Positions 35,772 to 45,879 of a DNA stretch of 64,000 bases are shown in pieces. The translations under genes were made by a program, and so were the position numbers. Source of the DNA: Candidatus Velthaea sp. (GTDB taxonomy: Bacteria > Vulcanimicrobiota > Vulcanimicrobiia > Vulcanimicrobiales > Vulcanimicrobiaceae); contig CBDCCS010000022.1 of assembly GCA_965214935.1 (NCBI GenBank), positions 672,001 to 736,000 of the forward strand, given 5' to 3'. Below the pieces are notes generated by a model. It worked only from the letters and a program-made list of their open reading frames with translations, was not told where the DNA came from and made no database searches. The stretch's first letter is position 1. Each line of letters starts with the position of its first letter.

Positions 35772-36800
35772 CTAGGCGGGGACGAGAATCCCGCGGCCTT
35801 GCAGACGGCCATGATCGAGATCGTCGACACTGTCGTTGAAGGCTTCGAGCGGATAGGTCTTGGTATGCAAGGTGACTTTGCCCGCAGCGGTCAGTGTCAT
35901 CAGCTCGACTAAGTCCGTGTACGTTCCGACGAGATTTCCGACGAAGTTCGTTTCCGTCGAAATGATATCGATGAGCGGGACGTTCAAGTAGCCGCCGTAA
36001 CCGATAACGAAATAGCTCCCGGCTCGGCGCAAAAACGCGATACCGTCCGCGATTGCGCCGCCCTCCCCAACGAAGTCGAGTACGACCTCCGTGCCGAAGC
36101 CATTGGTCAGCTGCTTTACCGTGTCGATTTGCGTTCCGTCGGCCAGCACCGTGTGGTCGGCACCCAGCGTTTTCGCAAGCGCGAGCGCTCGTTCGGAACG
36201 ATCGACGACGATAATCGTTGCGGGCGTCAATGCCCGCAACACTTGAATCCCGATGTGACCTAAGCCGCCGGCGCCGATGACGACGGCGGCCGTACCGGGA
36301 TACAATAGCGCAGTCGACTTCTTCACCGCGTGATACGCAGTTAAGCCGGCGTCCGCGAGCGCGGCGATGTCTTTGGGTGCCAGGCTCGGATCGAGTTTAA
36401 CGACCGCGAGCGCCGACGTTTTAAGCAGCTGCGCGAAACCGCCGTCCGTCGAGATGCCCGGAAACGCGGAGTTTTCGCAGTGCATCGTCCGGCCGGCGCG
36501 ACACGGATAGCAGAAGCCGCACGTTATGAGCGGATGAACGATGACGGTATCGCCGACTTTCACGTGCTCGACGGCCGATCCGACTGCATGCACCCAACCG
36601 GCGTTTTCGTGTCCGAGCGTGTACGGCAACGCAACGTTGCTCTTTTCTTTCCACTGGCCTTCGATGATGTGCAGGTCCGTGCGGCATAAACCCGCACCGC
36701 CGATACGCACGATGACATCGAGCGGACCGGAAATAACCGGATCGGCGATCTCTTCGACGACCGGTGCTTGCAGATACTTATGCAGGCGAACGGCTTTCAT
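35772..36800 (-). CDS. Zn-dependent NAD(P) alcohol dehydrogenase
   Basis: GLCRTD, GHENAG, CGFCYPC and GAGGLG motifs. Confidence 0.93.
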   Translation of the reverse strand: MKAVRLHKYLQAPVVEEIADPVISGPLDVIVRIGGAGLCRTDLHIIEGQWKEKSNVALPYTLGHENAGWVHAVGSAVEHVKVGDTVIVHPLITCGFCYPCRAGRTMHCENSAFPGISTDGGFAQLLKTSALAVVKLDPSLAPKDIAALADAGLTAYHAVKKSTALLYPGTAAVVIGAGGLGHIGIQVLRALTPATIIVVDRSERALALAKTLGADHTVLADGTQIDTVKQLTNGFGTEVVLDFVGEGGAIADGIAFLRRAGSYFVIGYGGYLNVPLIDIISTETNFVGNLVGTYTDLVELMTLTAAGKVTLHTKTYPLEAFNDSVDDLDHGRLQGRGILVPA

Positions 36801-37672
36801 GCTATCTCCTCGCGTTCGGTCGCGGCTGTGACGAATCGCGCGCCGGGCTGGCCCCACGTCCGAAAGAAATCGCCGGTTTTACGGCACAACTCGACATTCG
36901 CCGCGTTGGTCGCGCCGATGAGCGATGCGTTGAAGCGGTCGGCACGACGCGTCGTCGCCGCAGTTGCCGGCGCCCCGTTCATCTGCGTGATGATCGGCGA
37001 ATCTGCCGTAAGCGTTTCGCCTGCATTGCGCCGCCGCACGAGTTCGCGCGCCAGCATCTCGCGTGCGCCGTCGGTGAAGAACGTGATGTACTCGATTCCA
37101 CCGCGCCGTTGCACGTAGCGCACGGCAAGCGGGTCGGCGTCGAGATCCGGGATTAGCCGCCCATCAGCATCGAGCCGGCCCAAATCGCCTAAGTGCAGCC
37201 GCAGTAACTCCGTGCGCTGCAAGCCGCTGCCGACAAGTGCAAGTAAAATGAGCCGGTCGACGGACGTCGCGGTGTGCATCACGGACTGCGGCGGAGAATC
37301 GCTCGTTTCGAGCGGACTCCAAGGAACGTCGGCCCCGTTCAACGTCAACCACAATTTGGGGCCCATGGCAAGCGCCGCAATTTGCGAGCGGCCGGCGGCC
37401 GGCAAAACGGCCGCAAACTGCAGCACGACGTCGGCGCCGATCCGCGGATCGTGCCGCGCACGTTCGATGAGCGCCTCGAGATCGGCGTTACCGGTGAGTG
37501 TTGCAAAGCGGTCGAGACTTGCGACCGCGGTGCGCACCCACGACACTTCACGGCAACGTGCGGCAAGCACGTCGGCGAAATGCTGCACGGACGGAACGTC
37601 GAGCAACGCGGCTTCACGGCGTCCGGCAAGTGCCTCACGGGCGCGTCCCGCAAGCAGCACGCCCGCCGTCAT
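36797..37672 (-). CDS. Hypothetical protein with degenerate tyrosine-recombinase-like features
   Basis: DRLILLALVGSGLQRTELLRLHLGDL (box I-like, R replaced by Q); 4-bp overlaps with both neighbours. Confidence 0.75.
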   Translation of the reverse strand: MTAGVLLAGRAREALAGRREAALLDVPSVQHFADVLAARCREVSWVRTAVASLDRFATLTGNADLEALIERARHDPRIGADVVLQFAAVLPAAGRSQIAALAMGPKLWLTLNGADVPWSPLETSDSPPQSVMHTATSVDRLILLALVGSGLQRTELLRLHLGDLGRLDADGRLIPDLDADPLAVRYVQRRGGIEYITFFTDGAREMLARELVRRRNAGETLTADSPIITQMNGAPATAATTRRADRFNASLIGATNAANVELCRKTGDFFRTWGQPGARFVTAATEREEIA

Positions 37673-37971
37673 ACGCGCGTCCGCAGATTGATGAGATCGA
37701 TGATCTCATCACGGATGAAGTGATCGGTGAGGACGACTTCGCATGACTCCACGCCGGGCAGCGCTTCGACCCGCTTGCGGATGTCGCGGCCGATCTTGGT
37801 CGCGAATTTCGATGGACACAGCGGCGAGGTGAGGTGGAAATGCACCGTCACTTTGCCGCCGTCCGCATCGACTTCGTCGAGCAGACCGAGATCGGCGATC
37901 GAGCAGCGAACTTCGGGATCCGGCGTGGATCCCGCGGCCCGCCGCACGACGTCCAGATCGAGTGCCGTCAT
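37669..37971 (-). CDS. DUF59/SUF-type metal-sulfur cluster assembly domain protein
   Basis: DPE...IADLGL...LTSPLCP motif. Confidence 0.85.
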   Translation of the reverse strand: MTALDLDVVRRAAGSTPDPEVRCSIADLGLLDEVDADGGKVTVHFHLTSPLCPSKFATKIGRDIRKRVEALPGVESCEVVLTDHFIRDEIIDLINLRTRV

Positions 37972-39047
37972 CGGCTCACGAGCTCCGGCGCGGTCGGTCC
38001 CGGTCCGGCAACGTTCTCGGCTTTGGCATACAGCGCGGCTTTGCGTTGCGCGAACTCATCGTTTGCAAGCTTGGCGCGCTTGGCTTCCGTATCGATGCCG
38101 TACAGCCGGGTGATATTGCCGCCGATGATTTTGTGTTTGATCTCGGTGGTGAGATCGACGCCGTACTGTTCTTTGAGATCGTCGGGCAGCTCGAACGCCA
38201 TGAATTCGTCAAGTTGCCAGTGCGGATACCAGATCGGAAAATCCGTCCCGTACACGATACGGTCGGGGCCGAGCCAGAACAGCAAATTCGCCATGATCTC
38301 GGCAAAGTAGCGCGGCCGGTTATGTATGAACGCCAGCGCGACGGCCAGCGAGCCATACACGTTCGGGCAACGCGTTGCCATCCAGCAAAAATCATCCAAC
38401 CGCGGCAAGCCGACATGGTCGATGATGAAGTTGAGTTCGGGATAGAGCCAAGCCGGCTCGTCGATATCGCGCACGTCGAACTTCTGCAAGGTCAACGGCT
38501 CGACGGCCGGACCTTTATGGAAGTGCATGTTCTTGATGCCCAGTTCGAGCGCTTTTTCGTAGCACGGAAAAACCATCGGGTCGTTAGCGGCCCAGCCGCG
38601 CGACTCGCCGCGCCACTCCGCAGTGTACCACTTGAAGCCTTTCACGTCGCACTCGCGAACTTGGCGCTCGACTTCGGCGGCTGCATTGGGCATCCGCGGA
38701 TCGACGCCGCCCAGGGCGATCAAACGTTCGGGCGCGCGCGCCACCATGCGCTGATTGCTTTCCGCGGTGACGAAGCCGGTATGATAAAAATCTTTGAGCA
38801 CTTGGGTCGAGAGGATCGCCATGTCGGCGTCGCCCTTGACGAACATCTCTTCGAGGTACCAGTCGGGATCGGTCTTGCGGAAGACCGTCTCGTAATCCAT
38901 CGTCCAGCGCTTATCGGGTGGGTTGAAGCCGGTTTGAAACGCATAAAACGTTTCGATAAAGGCGTCGCCGAAGCGGTTTTTACAATTTTGCGCGCTGGCG
39001 TCCCACACGCCGGTATGAGCGTCGAAAACAAACACTCCATTTTTCAT
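37968..39047 (-). CDS. Amidohydrolase-2 family protein of SDIMO clusters
   Basis: DAHT, KWYTAEW, HFHKGP, DHVGLPR and YGTDFP motifs; GGAGG RBS. Confidence 0.9.
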   Translation of the reverse strand: MKNGVFVFDAHTGVWDASAQNCKNRFGDAFIETFYAFQTGFNPPDKRWTMDYETVFRKTDPDWYLEEMFVKGDADMAILSTQVLKDFYHTGFVTAESNQRMVARAPERLIALGGVDPRMPNAAAEVERQVRECDVKGFKWYTAEWRGESRGWAANDPMVFPCYEKALELGIKNMHFHKGPAVEPLTLQKFDVRDIDEPAWLYPELNFIIDHVGLPRLDDFCWMATRCPNVYGSLAVALAFIHNRPRYFAEIMANLLFWLGPDRIVYGTDFPIWYPHWQLDEFMAFELPDDLKEQYGVDLTTEIKHKIIGGNITRLYGIDTEAKRAKLANDEFAQRKAALYAKAENVAGPGPTAPELVSR

Positions 39048-39087
39048 AGGCCGCGAACCTCCGTGACATCAAGGGAGTGAGAGCTTC

Positions 39088-39176
39088 ACGCTACCATCGC
39101 CCAGGTGAGGCAGTGGTGAAAATCGGTTCCGCGCCGGTGCAAAAGCGGTGAAAATTATCTTAGACCGCTGTGAAAA
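39088..39176 (-). promoter_or_regulatory. Putative promoter of the SDIMO operon with phased direct repeats (OmpR/PhoB-type boxes)
   Basis: Minus-strand TGnTAGCGT extended -10 at 39088-39096; GGTGAA-like units at 39104, 39115, 39125, 39136, 39147 and 39169. Confidence 0.55.
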
Positions 39177-39306
39177 GACAAGGTTAAGCCAGTGTTTGGT
39201 CCCTATTAATTTCTATAGGTGGGGTTGTGAACGGCTCGAAGCGGGTGTGTTTCGGGCGGCATGATAGTGGGCGAGCTTCGCGGGGCTCGCCGGGGGGATC
39301 GAGCTT

Positions 39307-41769
39307 TTGGCGACCGAGATGCGTGCGCCGGCGTGGTCGATTGCATCGCCGACTGATATTGAAACGACGGCCCGGACGCTCTGCGAGCTGCGCGATCTGT
39401 ATTTAGCGAGCGATGATGCGAGCGCTGCCGGGCGGCCGCGCGTGCTCAGCTCGTGGAAACGCTGTCGCGCGATGCACGTCGACGCGGCGCGCCGGAATGC
39501 GCCGCTAGCAATATCGCGCGACGCGCAGCTGCGTGACATTCGCGACGCCAACGAACCGTTGCTGCGCGCGGCGCAGGCCGTCATTGCCCGGCTGAGCACT
39601 CATTTGGCCGACTCGGGCTACGCCGTCGTCCTTACCGACAGCAACGGTTGCATTTTAAATATTGCGAGCGACGATCACGTGCGGCGCCGCCTCGAACGTA
39701 TCGATTTCATTCCCGGCGGTAATTGGAGCGAAGGCGCCGCCGGTACCAACGCGATCGGCACGGCCCTGGCCGATCGCCGTCCCGTTCAACTCATGGCGGC
39801 CGAGCACTTTTGCGACGGCTGGACCGACCTGACGTGCACCGCGGCGCTGATCCGGCACCCGTTCACGTCGCAGATTATCGGCGTGCTTGATATCACCGGC
39901 GATTACCGGCTAATCCGCGCTTACCTCATGAGCTTAGTCGCGGTGAGCGCGCTTGAAATCGAAGAACAATTACGTATCGGTCTGGCCGGCACCGGGAGCC
40001 GGTCGCCGGCAATGCCGCAAGCCTTCGATCTGTGTCCGAGTGACGCCATGCTGCTCACGTTAACGGGCGGAACCATCAGCGCGAGTCTGGATTTCAACAC
40101 CACCTTGCGGACCGTTGCGGAGCAAACCGCGGCGCTGCTGCATGTGCAGCATGCCGCAGTCGCTCTATTTGCCGATGACAGCGGCGACGGTCCGTTGGCG
40201 CAACTTTGGTTGGACGACCCGGCATTTCGCGGTCTCAACGCGTTGTTTGCGCAAGCCGAGATCGTCGAAGCGCTGCGCGAACGCGGCGAACCGGTCATTA
40301 GCGACGATCTCACGCAGGCACCGTTATTTGCAAACATCGCGCTGCTCGCATCGGATGTACGGGCCCTCGCGCTGCTGCCGCTCGCGACGGCGCGCGGAAT
40401 CGTCGGTTTCGTCGTTGCGCTGCGCAGCACGACGGGACGCTGGAACTTCGACGATCTGCGACGCGTCTTCGCGTTGATGCCGCAGGCGGCGACGGCCATC
40501 GAGAATGCTTTGCTGTTCGATGCGCTGCGGCAGCACAACCGGCATGTCGAAGCGATCAATGCGGTCGCGCAACTGCTCAGCGAACTGCCGGATCCGGCCG
40601 CGCACGTCGTGCACGTGTTGTCTTGCATCGTGCGCGTCATGGATCTCGATGCGGGCTTGTTGTTTTTGCACGATGACGATACGAAGCGGTTGCGATTTGC
40701 AGCGCACTACGGCATTGAATCGACGGCAGCCGACGTGCTGCGCTCGACGACGTCGATGCAGGCGCTCTCCGGTGTGGCCGCCGACGTCGCCGCGACGGGT
40801 GAAGCGCGCTTAGTCCCGGCAATCGATCTACGCACGAGCGACACGGATTCCGAGTTTCCGTTTCGCGCGACGGGATGTCGCGCCGCTCTGGCCGTTCCAT
40901 TGACCGATGGCGCGACGCTCGTCGGCGTCATCGAACTCGGAATCCGCCGTGCGCGTCCGCTCACGAGCGCCGATTTGAAAACGCTGAACGCCATTGCGGG
41001 CCAACTCAGTATGTCGCTGCGCAACGCGCAACTTCGGCGTGCGGCGGGCGAACTCGAAGCGCTGCGGCAAGCCGACCGGCTGAAAAACGAGTTTCTCGCG
41101 ACCGTCTCGCACGATCTGCGCTCGCCGTTGACCGCGATTCGGGCGTCGGTGGAAGGCTTGCTCGATCGCGGTCTACCGGCGGCGGCTGCATCCGACCAAG
41201 GATTGCTTTACAATATCGCAGGTCAGGCGAATCGCTTGGGGCGTTTAGTCGATCAGCTTTTGGACGTATCGCAGATCGAGGCCGGCGCGTTACGTCTGGA
41301 TCGCGAATGGCACGAATTGCCGGCGCTGTTGACCGATGTTGCCGCAAGTATCGGCGCGCTGTACGGCGACGAGCGTTTGACGTTCGATATTCCGCCCGAT
41401 CCGCCGCTGCTCTTCGTCGACAAAGACCGGTTCATTCAAGTCCTGTACAATCTGCTCGACAACGCATGTAAGTATACGCCGGGCGACTATTCGGTCGGGA
41501 TCGAAGCGGACTGGGACGCACATTACATAACGATCGGCGTTACCGATCGCGGTCCGGGTGTGCGCCCCGCGGACCGCGAGAATATCTTCACGCGTTTTTA
41601 TCGCGCAGGCGGGCGTGAGAATGCCGGCGTGCGCAGTATCGGGCTCGGGCTTGCAATTAGCCGGGGCATCGTCGAAGCGCACGGCGGAAAGATCTGGGTC
41701 GATGCCATTGCCGCGAGCGGCAGTGCGTTTCGCTTCACGATCCCGCTGGTGACGGAGGACGGCGAATGA
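39307..41769 (+). CDS. Cytoplasmic sensor histidine kinase: AcoR-type GAF, two more GAF domains, HisKA and HATPase
   Basis: SSWKRC, WSEGAAGTNAIGTAL, EHFC; SHDLRSPLT, NLLDNACKY, DRGPG, GLGLAIS. Confidence 0.92.
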   Translation: MATEMRAPAWSIASPTDIETTARTLCELRDLYLASDDASAAGRPRVLSSWKRCRAMHVDAARRNAPLAISRDAQLRDIRDANEPLLRAAQAVIARLSTHLADSGYAVVLTDSNGCILNIASDDHVRRRLERIDFIPGGNWSEGAAGTNAIGTALADRRPVQLMAAEHFCDGWTDLTCTAALIRHPFTSQIIGVLDITGDYRLIRAYLMSLVAVSALEIEEQLRIGLAGTGSRSPAMPQAFDLCPSDAMLLTLTGGTISASLDFNTTLRTVAEQTAALLHVQHAAVALFADDSGDGPLAQLWLDDPAFRGLNALFAQAEIVEALRERGEPVISDDLTQAPLFANIALLASDVRALALLPLATARGIVGFVVALRSTTGRWNFDDLRRVFALMPQAATAIENALLFDALRQHNRHVEAINAVAQLLSELPDPAAHVVHVLSCIVRVMDLDAGLLFLHDDDTKRLRFAAHYGIESTAADVLRSTTSMQALSGVAADVAATGEARLVPAIDLRTSDTDSEFPFRATGCRAALAVPLTDGATLVGVIELGIRRARPLTSADLKTLNAIAGQLSMSLRNAQLRRAAGELEALRQADRLKNEFLATVSHDLRSPLTAIRASVEGLLDRGLPAAAASDQGLLYNIAGQANRLGRLVDQLLDVSQIEAGALRLDREWHELPALLTDVAASIGALYGDERLTFDIPPDPPLLFVDKDRFIQVLYNLLDNACKYTPGDYSVGIEADWDAHYITIGVTDRGPGVRPADRENIFTRFYRAGGRENAGVRSIGLGLAISRGIVEAHGGKIWVDAIAASGSAFRFTIPLVTEDGE

Positions 41770-42512
41770 GAACGAGCGACAAACGCGTGTCGCTCGATGA
41801 AGCCGGGCGATCGTCAAAAGTACGCGCATTGCACAAGCGCATTTTGTTAGTTGATGACGACGAAGGGATCGTCGCGGCCGTCGGACCGGCGCTGATCGCG
41901 CACGGTTACGACGTTGCGATCACCGCCGACGGTATCGAAGCACTGGCATCCTTCGAGATCGACGAGCCGGATCTCGTCCTGCTCGATCTTATGATGCCGC
42001 GGCTCGGCGGTCTGGAGATCTGCCGGCGCATCCGTCAGTCCTCATCGACGCCGATCATCGTGCTGAGCGTCAAGGGCGGCGAAGGCGACATCGTGTCCGT
42101 CCTCGATTTGGGCGCCGACGACTATTTAGTCAAGCCGTTTCGCTTGAGCGAACTGCGCGCTCGGATCAGCGCGGTGCTGCGCCGCGTCGGCAAGATACCT
42201 TCGCAGAAGATCGTATGCGGCGATCTCGAGATCGACACCGAGAAGCGGCACGTAAAAATAGCCGGACGCAACGTCACGCTGACGCCGATCGAGTATGCAC
42301 TCATTGCCGAACTTGGGGCGAATGTCGGCCGCGTGTTGACCACGCGTTTGTTGCTGCAGCGCGTGTGGGGGCGTCAGTACGGCAGCGAGAGCGATTACGT
42401 CAAAGGCGTCGTGCGCCGTCTGCGGGTCAAGCTCGAACCCGATCCGGCGCACCCGCGCTATATCATTACCGAGCCGCACGTGGGTTACCGGCTCGACGAT
42501 GGTTTCGAATAA
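41766..42512 (+). CDS. OmpR/KdpE family response regulator
   Basis: LLVDDD, LDLMMP, GADDYLVKPF, LRVKLE and GYRL motifs. Confidence 0.93.
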   Translation: MRTSDKRVSLDEAGRSSKVRALHKRILLVDDDEGIVAAVGPALIAHGYDVAITADGIEALASFEIDEPDLVLLDLMMPRLGGLEICRRIRQSSSTPIIVLSVKGGEGDIVSVLDLGADDYLVKPFRLSELRARISAVLRRVGKIPSQKIVCGDLEIDTEKRHVKIAGRNVTLTPIEYALIAELGANVGRVLTTRLLLQRVWGRQYGSESDYVKGVVRRLRVKLEPDPAHPRYIITEPHVGYRLDDGFE

Positions 42513-42579
42513 GGAGCCTCGGGGCGGGATCGCGCCGGCGTAGGGCCGCTTCGGCGCATCGGGTTCGGCTTCGACAATG

Positions 42580-43101
42580 TTATGGTTCGCGTTCGACGTG
42601 GTGGGGCCGGCGGCGTAATGCAACGTGCGCATATCGCTGTGCGTAACACAACACTGCGAGCAACGCGACGGCGATCGCGAAGAAGCCGGCATGATTATCG
42701 TTAGCCGGCAAGTCGGCGAAAATCAGCGACGTCGACACCGCCGGCGCATGGAGGGTGTCGCCGGCGATCAACAGGGTGACCGTAACGAGCATGGCGATGG
42801 TCTCCGCGACAAAGCCGGGGTGAACGGCGATTGCGGCAATCGTACCGATGACTGCGGCGAAGAGTTGTGCGCCGACGACGACCCGAACGTGATTGGCCCG
42901 CCCCAGCGGCGACAAATAGATGAGAAACGCGCTTGCCGCTAACGGTGCAAACAGTAAATGCGCGTGAGCGCTATATTGCGGCACGGCCGTAATTGCCAGG
43001 ACGGTGATAGTCGGCGGGACCGCCAGTACGATTGCCTGAGCGAACGAACGCGAACGCGGTGGTTCCGGATGGGGCTGCTCCTCGCCATGCTGTTCGCTCA
43101 T
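42580..43101 (-). CDS. HPP family membrane protein
   Basis: APLAASAFL and LHAPAVST motifs; about 4 TM helices. Confidence 0.75.
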   Translation of the reverse strand: MSEQHGEEQPHPEPPRSRSFAQAIVLAVPPTITVLAITAVPQYSAHAHLLFAPLAASAFLIYLSPLGRANHVRVVVGAQLFAAVIGTIAAIAVHPGFVAETIAMLVTVTLLIAGDTLHAPAVSTSLIFADLPANDNHAGFFAIAVALLAVLCYAQRYAHVALRRRPHHVEREP

Positions 43102-43282
43102 GACGAAGTCTTTGCTAAACGGCGGCTTGCGCAATGCTAAGCTGCCGCCGGAGTATCCTGCGCTCTTCGAGAGCCGGTTTCCGATTGGTGAAGTCCAGCG
43201 GCTCTGACGGCCGGCTGTTCTGCTGTCTTTCGGCACAAACGCGCGTCCGTTTCGACGGACCGCCGGCGTTGCTGATATACTA

Positions 43283-44230
43283 GTGGGAATGCTTGGAGCC
43301 GTTGCACCACTCTTGCGAATCTACCGCTGCCTCATCGCGGCAAGCGCGTTGGCTTTTGTTCAGCAGTCGGCCGCACCGCCTTTACCGGCCGACGTGCTTT
43401 TCGCACGAGCGGTCGCCGTTGTCGACAGCGATGCCCGAAGTCCGTTTGCGACGTATACGGTCGTCGTCACGGTCGCGAACGGCGAACGCCGGATCGTTAG
43501 CTCTTGGCAAACGACGGAAGACATCCGGCACGGAATCGTGCTCGCGAATTCGTTTTCGGAAGAAGAGCGGGCGCATCCGACGACGCCGCATGGTGCCAAT
43601 ATCGTGGCTCATCGTCGTATCTTGCTATCGGCGCCGCGGAATCTCAATCCCAGTAGCGACCCGTCCTCAAGTCTTTCGCTCAATTCGCACCCGGTCAATC
43701 CCGACCGGACGGGCGACATCGTCGGTCCTGTCGCTCTTGCCGTCGATCAAAATTTTGGGCTAACGCGTCCGCGCGGGTATCGTGTCGCAAACGACGAGCG
43801 AACGATCGTAGCGGGTGCCGACGAGCTAACGATCATCGGTCGCAGCGGCACCGCGACGCCGCGCTATCGCGTCGAACTGCTGGCAGCGGACGGCGGCATT
43901 GCGCACCTGGCGCTAACGCCCCTGCGAGACGCTTACCACAATCGGTTGCGCGAGTTGTGGATCGATACGGATACCGCATACGTACGCGAGGCGATCGTTC
44001 AAGGCGTCGGCGACCGGGCACCGTTCGATCGGGCGCGTTGGCACGTAACATTCGATCGTCATGCCGGCGCGACGTTCGTAACCGAAGTACATTCGGTCGA
44101 ACCCGTCGCTATCGGCGGTTCTTCCCCGAACATCAGCATCGCGTTCGAGAACCTCGACCTTCCATCGCTTTCTCCGATTAAATCGACCTTCGGTATTAAG
44201 GCACCGGTCCGCTATTTACGCGACCCGTAG
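43283..44230 (+). CDS. Secreted hypothetical protein
   Basis: Signal-like N-terminus; HLALTPLRD...RLRELWID motif; 315-aa ORF. Confidence 0.65.
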   Translation: MGMLGAVAPLLRIYRCLIAASALAFVQQSAAPPLPADVLFARAVAVVDSDARSPFATYTVVVTVANGERRIVSSWQTTEDIRHGIVLANSFSEEERAHPTTPHGANIVAHRRILLSAPRNLNPSSDPSSSLSLNSHPVNPDRTGDIVGPVALAVDQNFGLTRPRGYRVANDERTIVAGADELTIIGRSGTATPRYRVELLAADGGIAHLALTPLRDAYHNRLRELWIDTDTAYVREAIVQGVGDRAPFDRARWHVTFDRHAGATFVTEVHSVEPVAIGGSSPNISIAFENLDLPSLSPIKSTFGIKAPVRYLRDP

Positions 44231-44800
44231 TTCACGACGTTTGCCGCGATGAAGCCACCCGGCGCCGGCGTCGCGTTACCGGCAGCACGAATGTCGTTTC
44301 CAAACGCGCATCGCACTCGATAACGCCGGCGCGCCTGCCGCCGTTGTGGCCGTCGCGTCGGCGATCGTTGCGAAGCCCGAAATTCATATGATGTCGAGCA
44401 TTTGCGACGATTGGTCGACGAGTCTCCGCCGGCGGTGCGGCCAAATGGTTCGTTTTCGTGTCGTATCGCGCGATCGCCGACTAGTCCGGCGCCCGAACCG
44501 CAATTTGTGAATCTCTGCCACAAAAGAAGTTTAGAGCCGACACTGTTCGTGTTGATCGTCTCATCATGCACGTACTAGACCATCACTGATGCGCACACGA
44601 GCGGGCTTACATATTAGTTGCTCGCACGACAGCGACGCGTTAGTTCTTCGACGTATCAGTCGAACGTGATAATCTCATCGCGTTTCGCGCGAAATAGCGT
44701 CTTGCATTTCAATGTAAAGTAAGGGTATGATCGGTGGAACTAATTTCAGAGCGGAAGCGGCACTAGCGGTTTCACGTCTTTGCTTGACGTTTCGGGAGTG

Positions 44801-45757
44801 ATGATGATCGAGCGTTTGAGACTCTCTGTCGTGAGTCTTGCTGTCGCGGGAGCTCTTACCGCGTGTGCAAGCGGCAACTCCGGCCCGGCTCCGATCGGGC
44901 CGGGCGTGTGGCAAGTCGATGCCGGCGCATCGCAGAGCGCCGAAGCACTACAGACGTTGGCATTTTACCCGCAGACGATCTCGGTTAACGCCGGCGATAC
45001 CGTTCAATGGAATTACCCAACGGGAGAGCCGCATACCGTAACGCTTCTCGGTCCGCGCGCGGCGCCGGCCGGGCCGAACGATCCGACGAACGCCGTGCCG
45101 GCCGGTCCTGCGAACTACGACGGTTCGACGTATGTGAGCTCCGGCTTTTTACTGCTTGGCAAATCCTATCGAATGACGTTTCCAAAACCCGGTAGCTATA
45201 CGTATTACTGTTTAATTCATCCCGGCATGCACGGCACGGTAAACGTGCAGCCCGAGGGAAGCGCCCATGTTGCGGATCAAGCGACGTATACGTCCCAAGC
45301 CGCCGCACAATCTTCGACCGATTTAGCAAGCGACGCGGCGTCGGTAACGACGTTTCCGTATGCGGCGGGCGGTCCGCACCTCGTCGCCGGAATCTCGCCG
45401 GCTATGAATATGGGTCGACCGTCTTCATCCACCGTCATGCGTTTTCTCGACGGTCCGGCGCTACTGGACACGGCCGTGACAATCGCTGCCGGACAAATTG
45501 TTACGTGGACAAATGCGTCGAATAACTCACCGCATACCGTAACGATCGCGCCGGCCGGCGCGGCGTTTCCCAATCTAAGCCCGTTTTCGCCGCCGAGTGG
45601 CGGAAACGTGTACGATGGAACGACCCTCGTCAATTCGGGCGTCCTGGCTCCCGGAGCGAGCTTTAGCTTACAGTTCACCAAGCCCGGGACGTACACATAC
45701 CATTGCATCTTTCATGATGACACCGAGAATATGATCGGAACCGTCATCGTACAATAG
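44801..45757 (+). CDS. Lipoprotein with two cupredoxin (plastocyanin-like) domains
   Basis: Lipobox LTAC; two PHTVT plus YYCLIHPGM and YHCIFH....M type-1 Cu motifs. Confidence 0.88.
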   Translation: MMIERLRLSVVSLAVAGALTACASGNSGPAPIGPGVWQVDAGASQSAEALQTLAFYPQTISVNAGDTVQWNYPTGEPHTVTLLGPRAAPAGPNDPTNAVPAGPANYDGSTYVSSGFLLLGKSYRMTFPKPGSYTYYCLIHPGMHGTVNVQPEGSAHVADQATYTSQAAAQSSTDLASDAASVTTFPYAAGGPHLVAGISPAMNMGRPSSSTVMRFLDGPALLDTAVTIAAGQIVTWTNASNNSPHTVTIAPAGAAFPNLSPFSPPSGGNVYDGTTLVNSGVLAPGASFSLQFTKPGTYTYHCIFHDDTENMIGTVIVQ

Positions 45758-45879
45758 CAACTAGCACAAGGTAACGGGCTAACAAGCTACACATACCGTT
45801 CAACTGCATCGTTAGATCCGCTAATTGTTGAATAAATGTTAACGTTACGACGAAAGAATTCATACGAAGTTCGGCATTT

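Noticed and set aside
36797..37672. Active integrase mobilising the monooxygenase cluster
   Set aside because: The catalytic Arg position is Gln, and the HxxR and Tyr motifs are missing.
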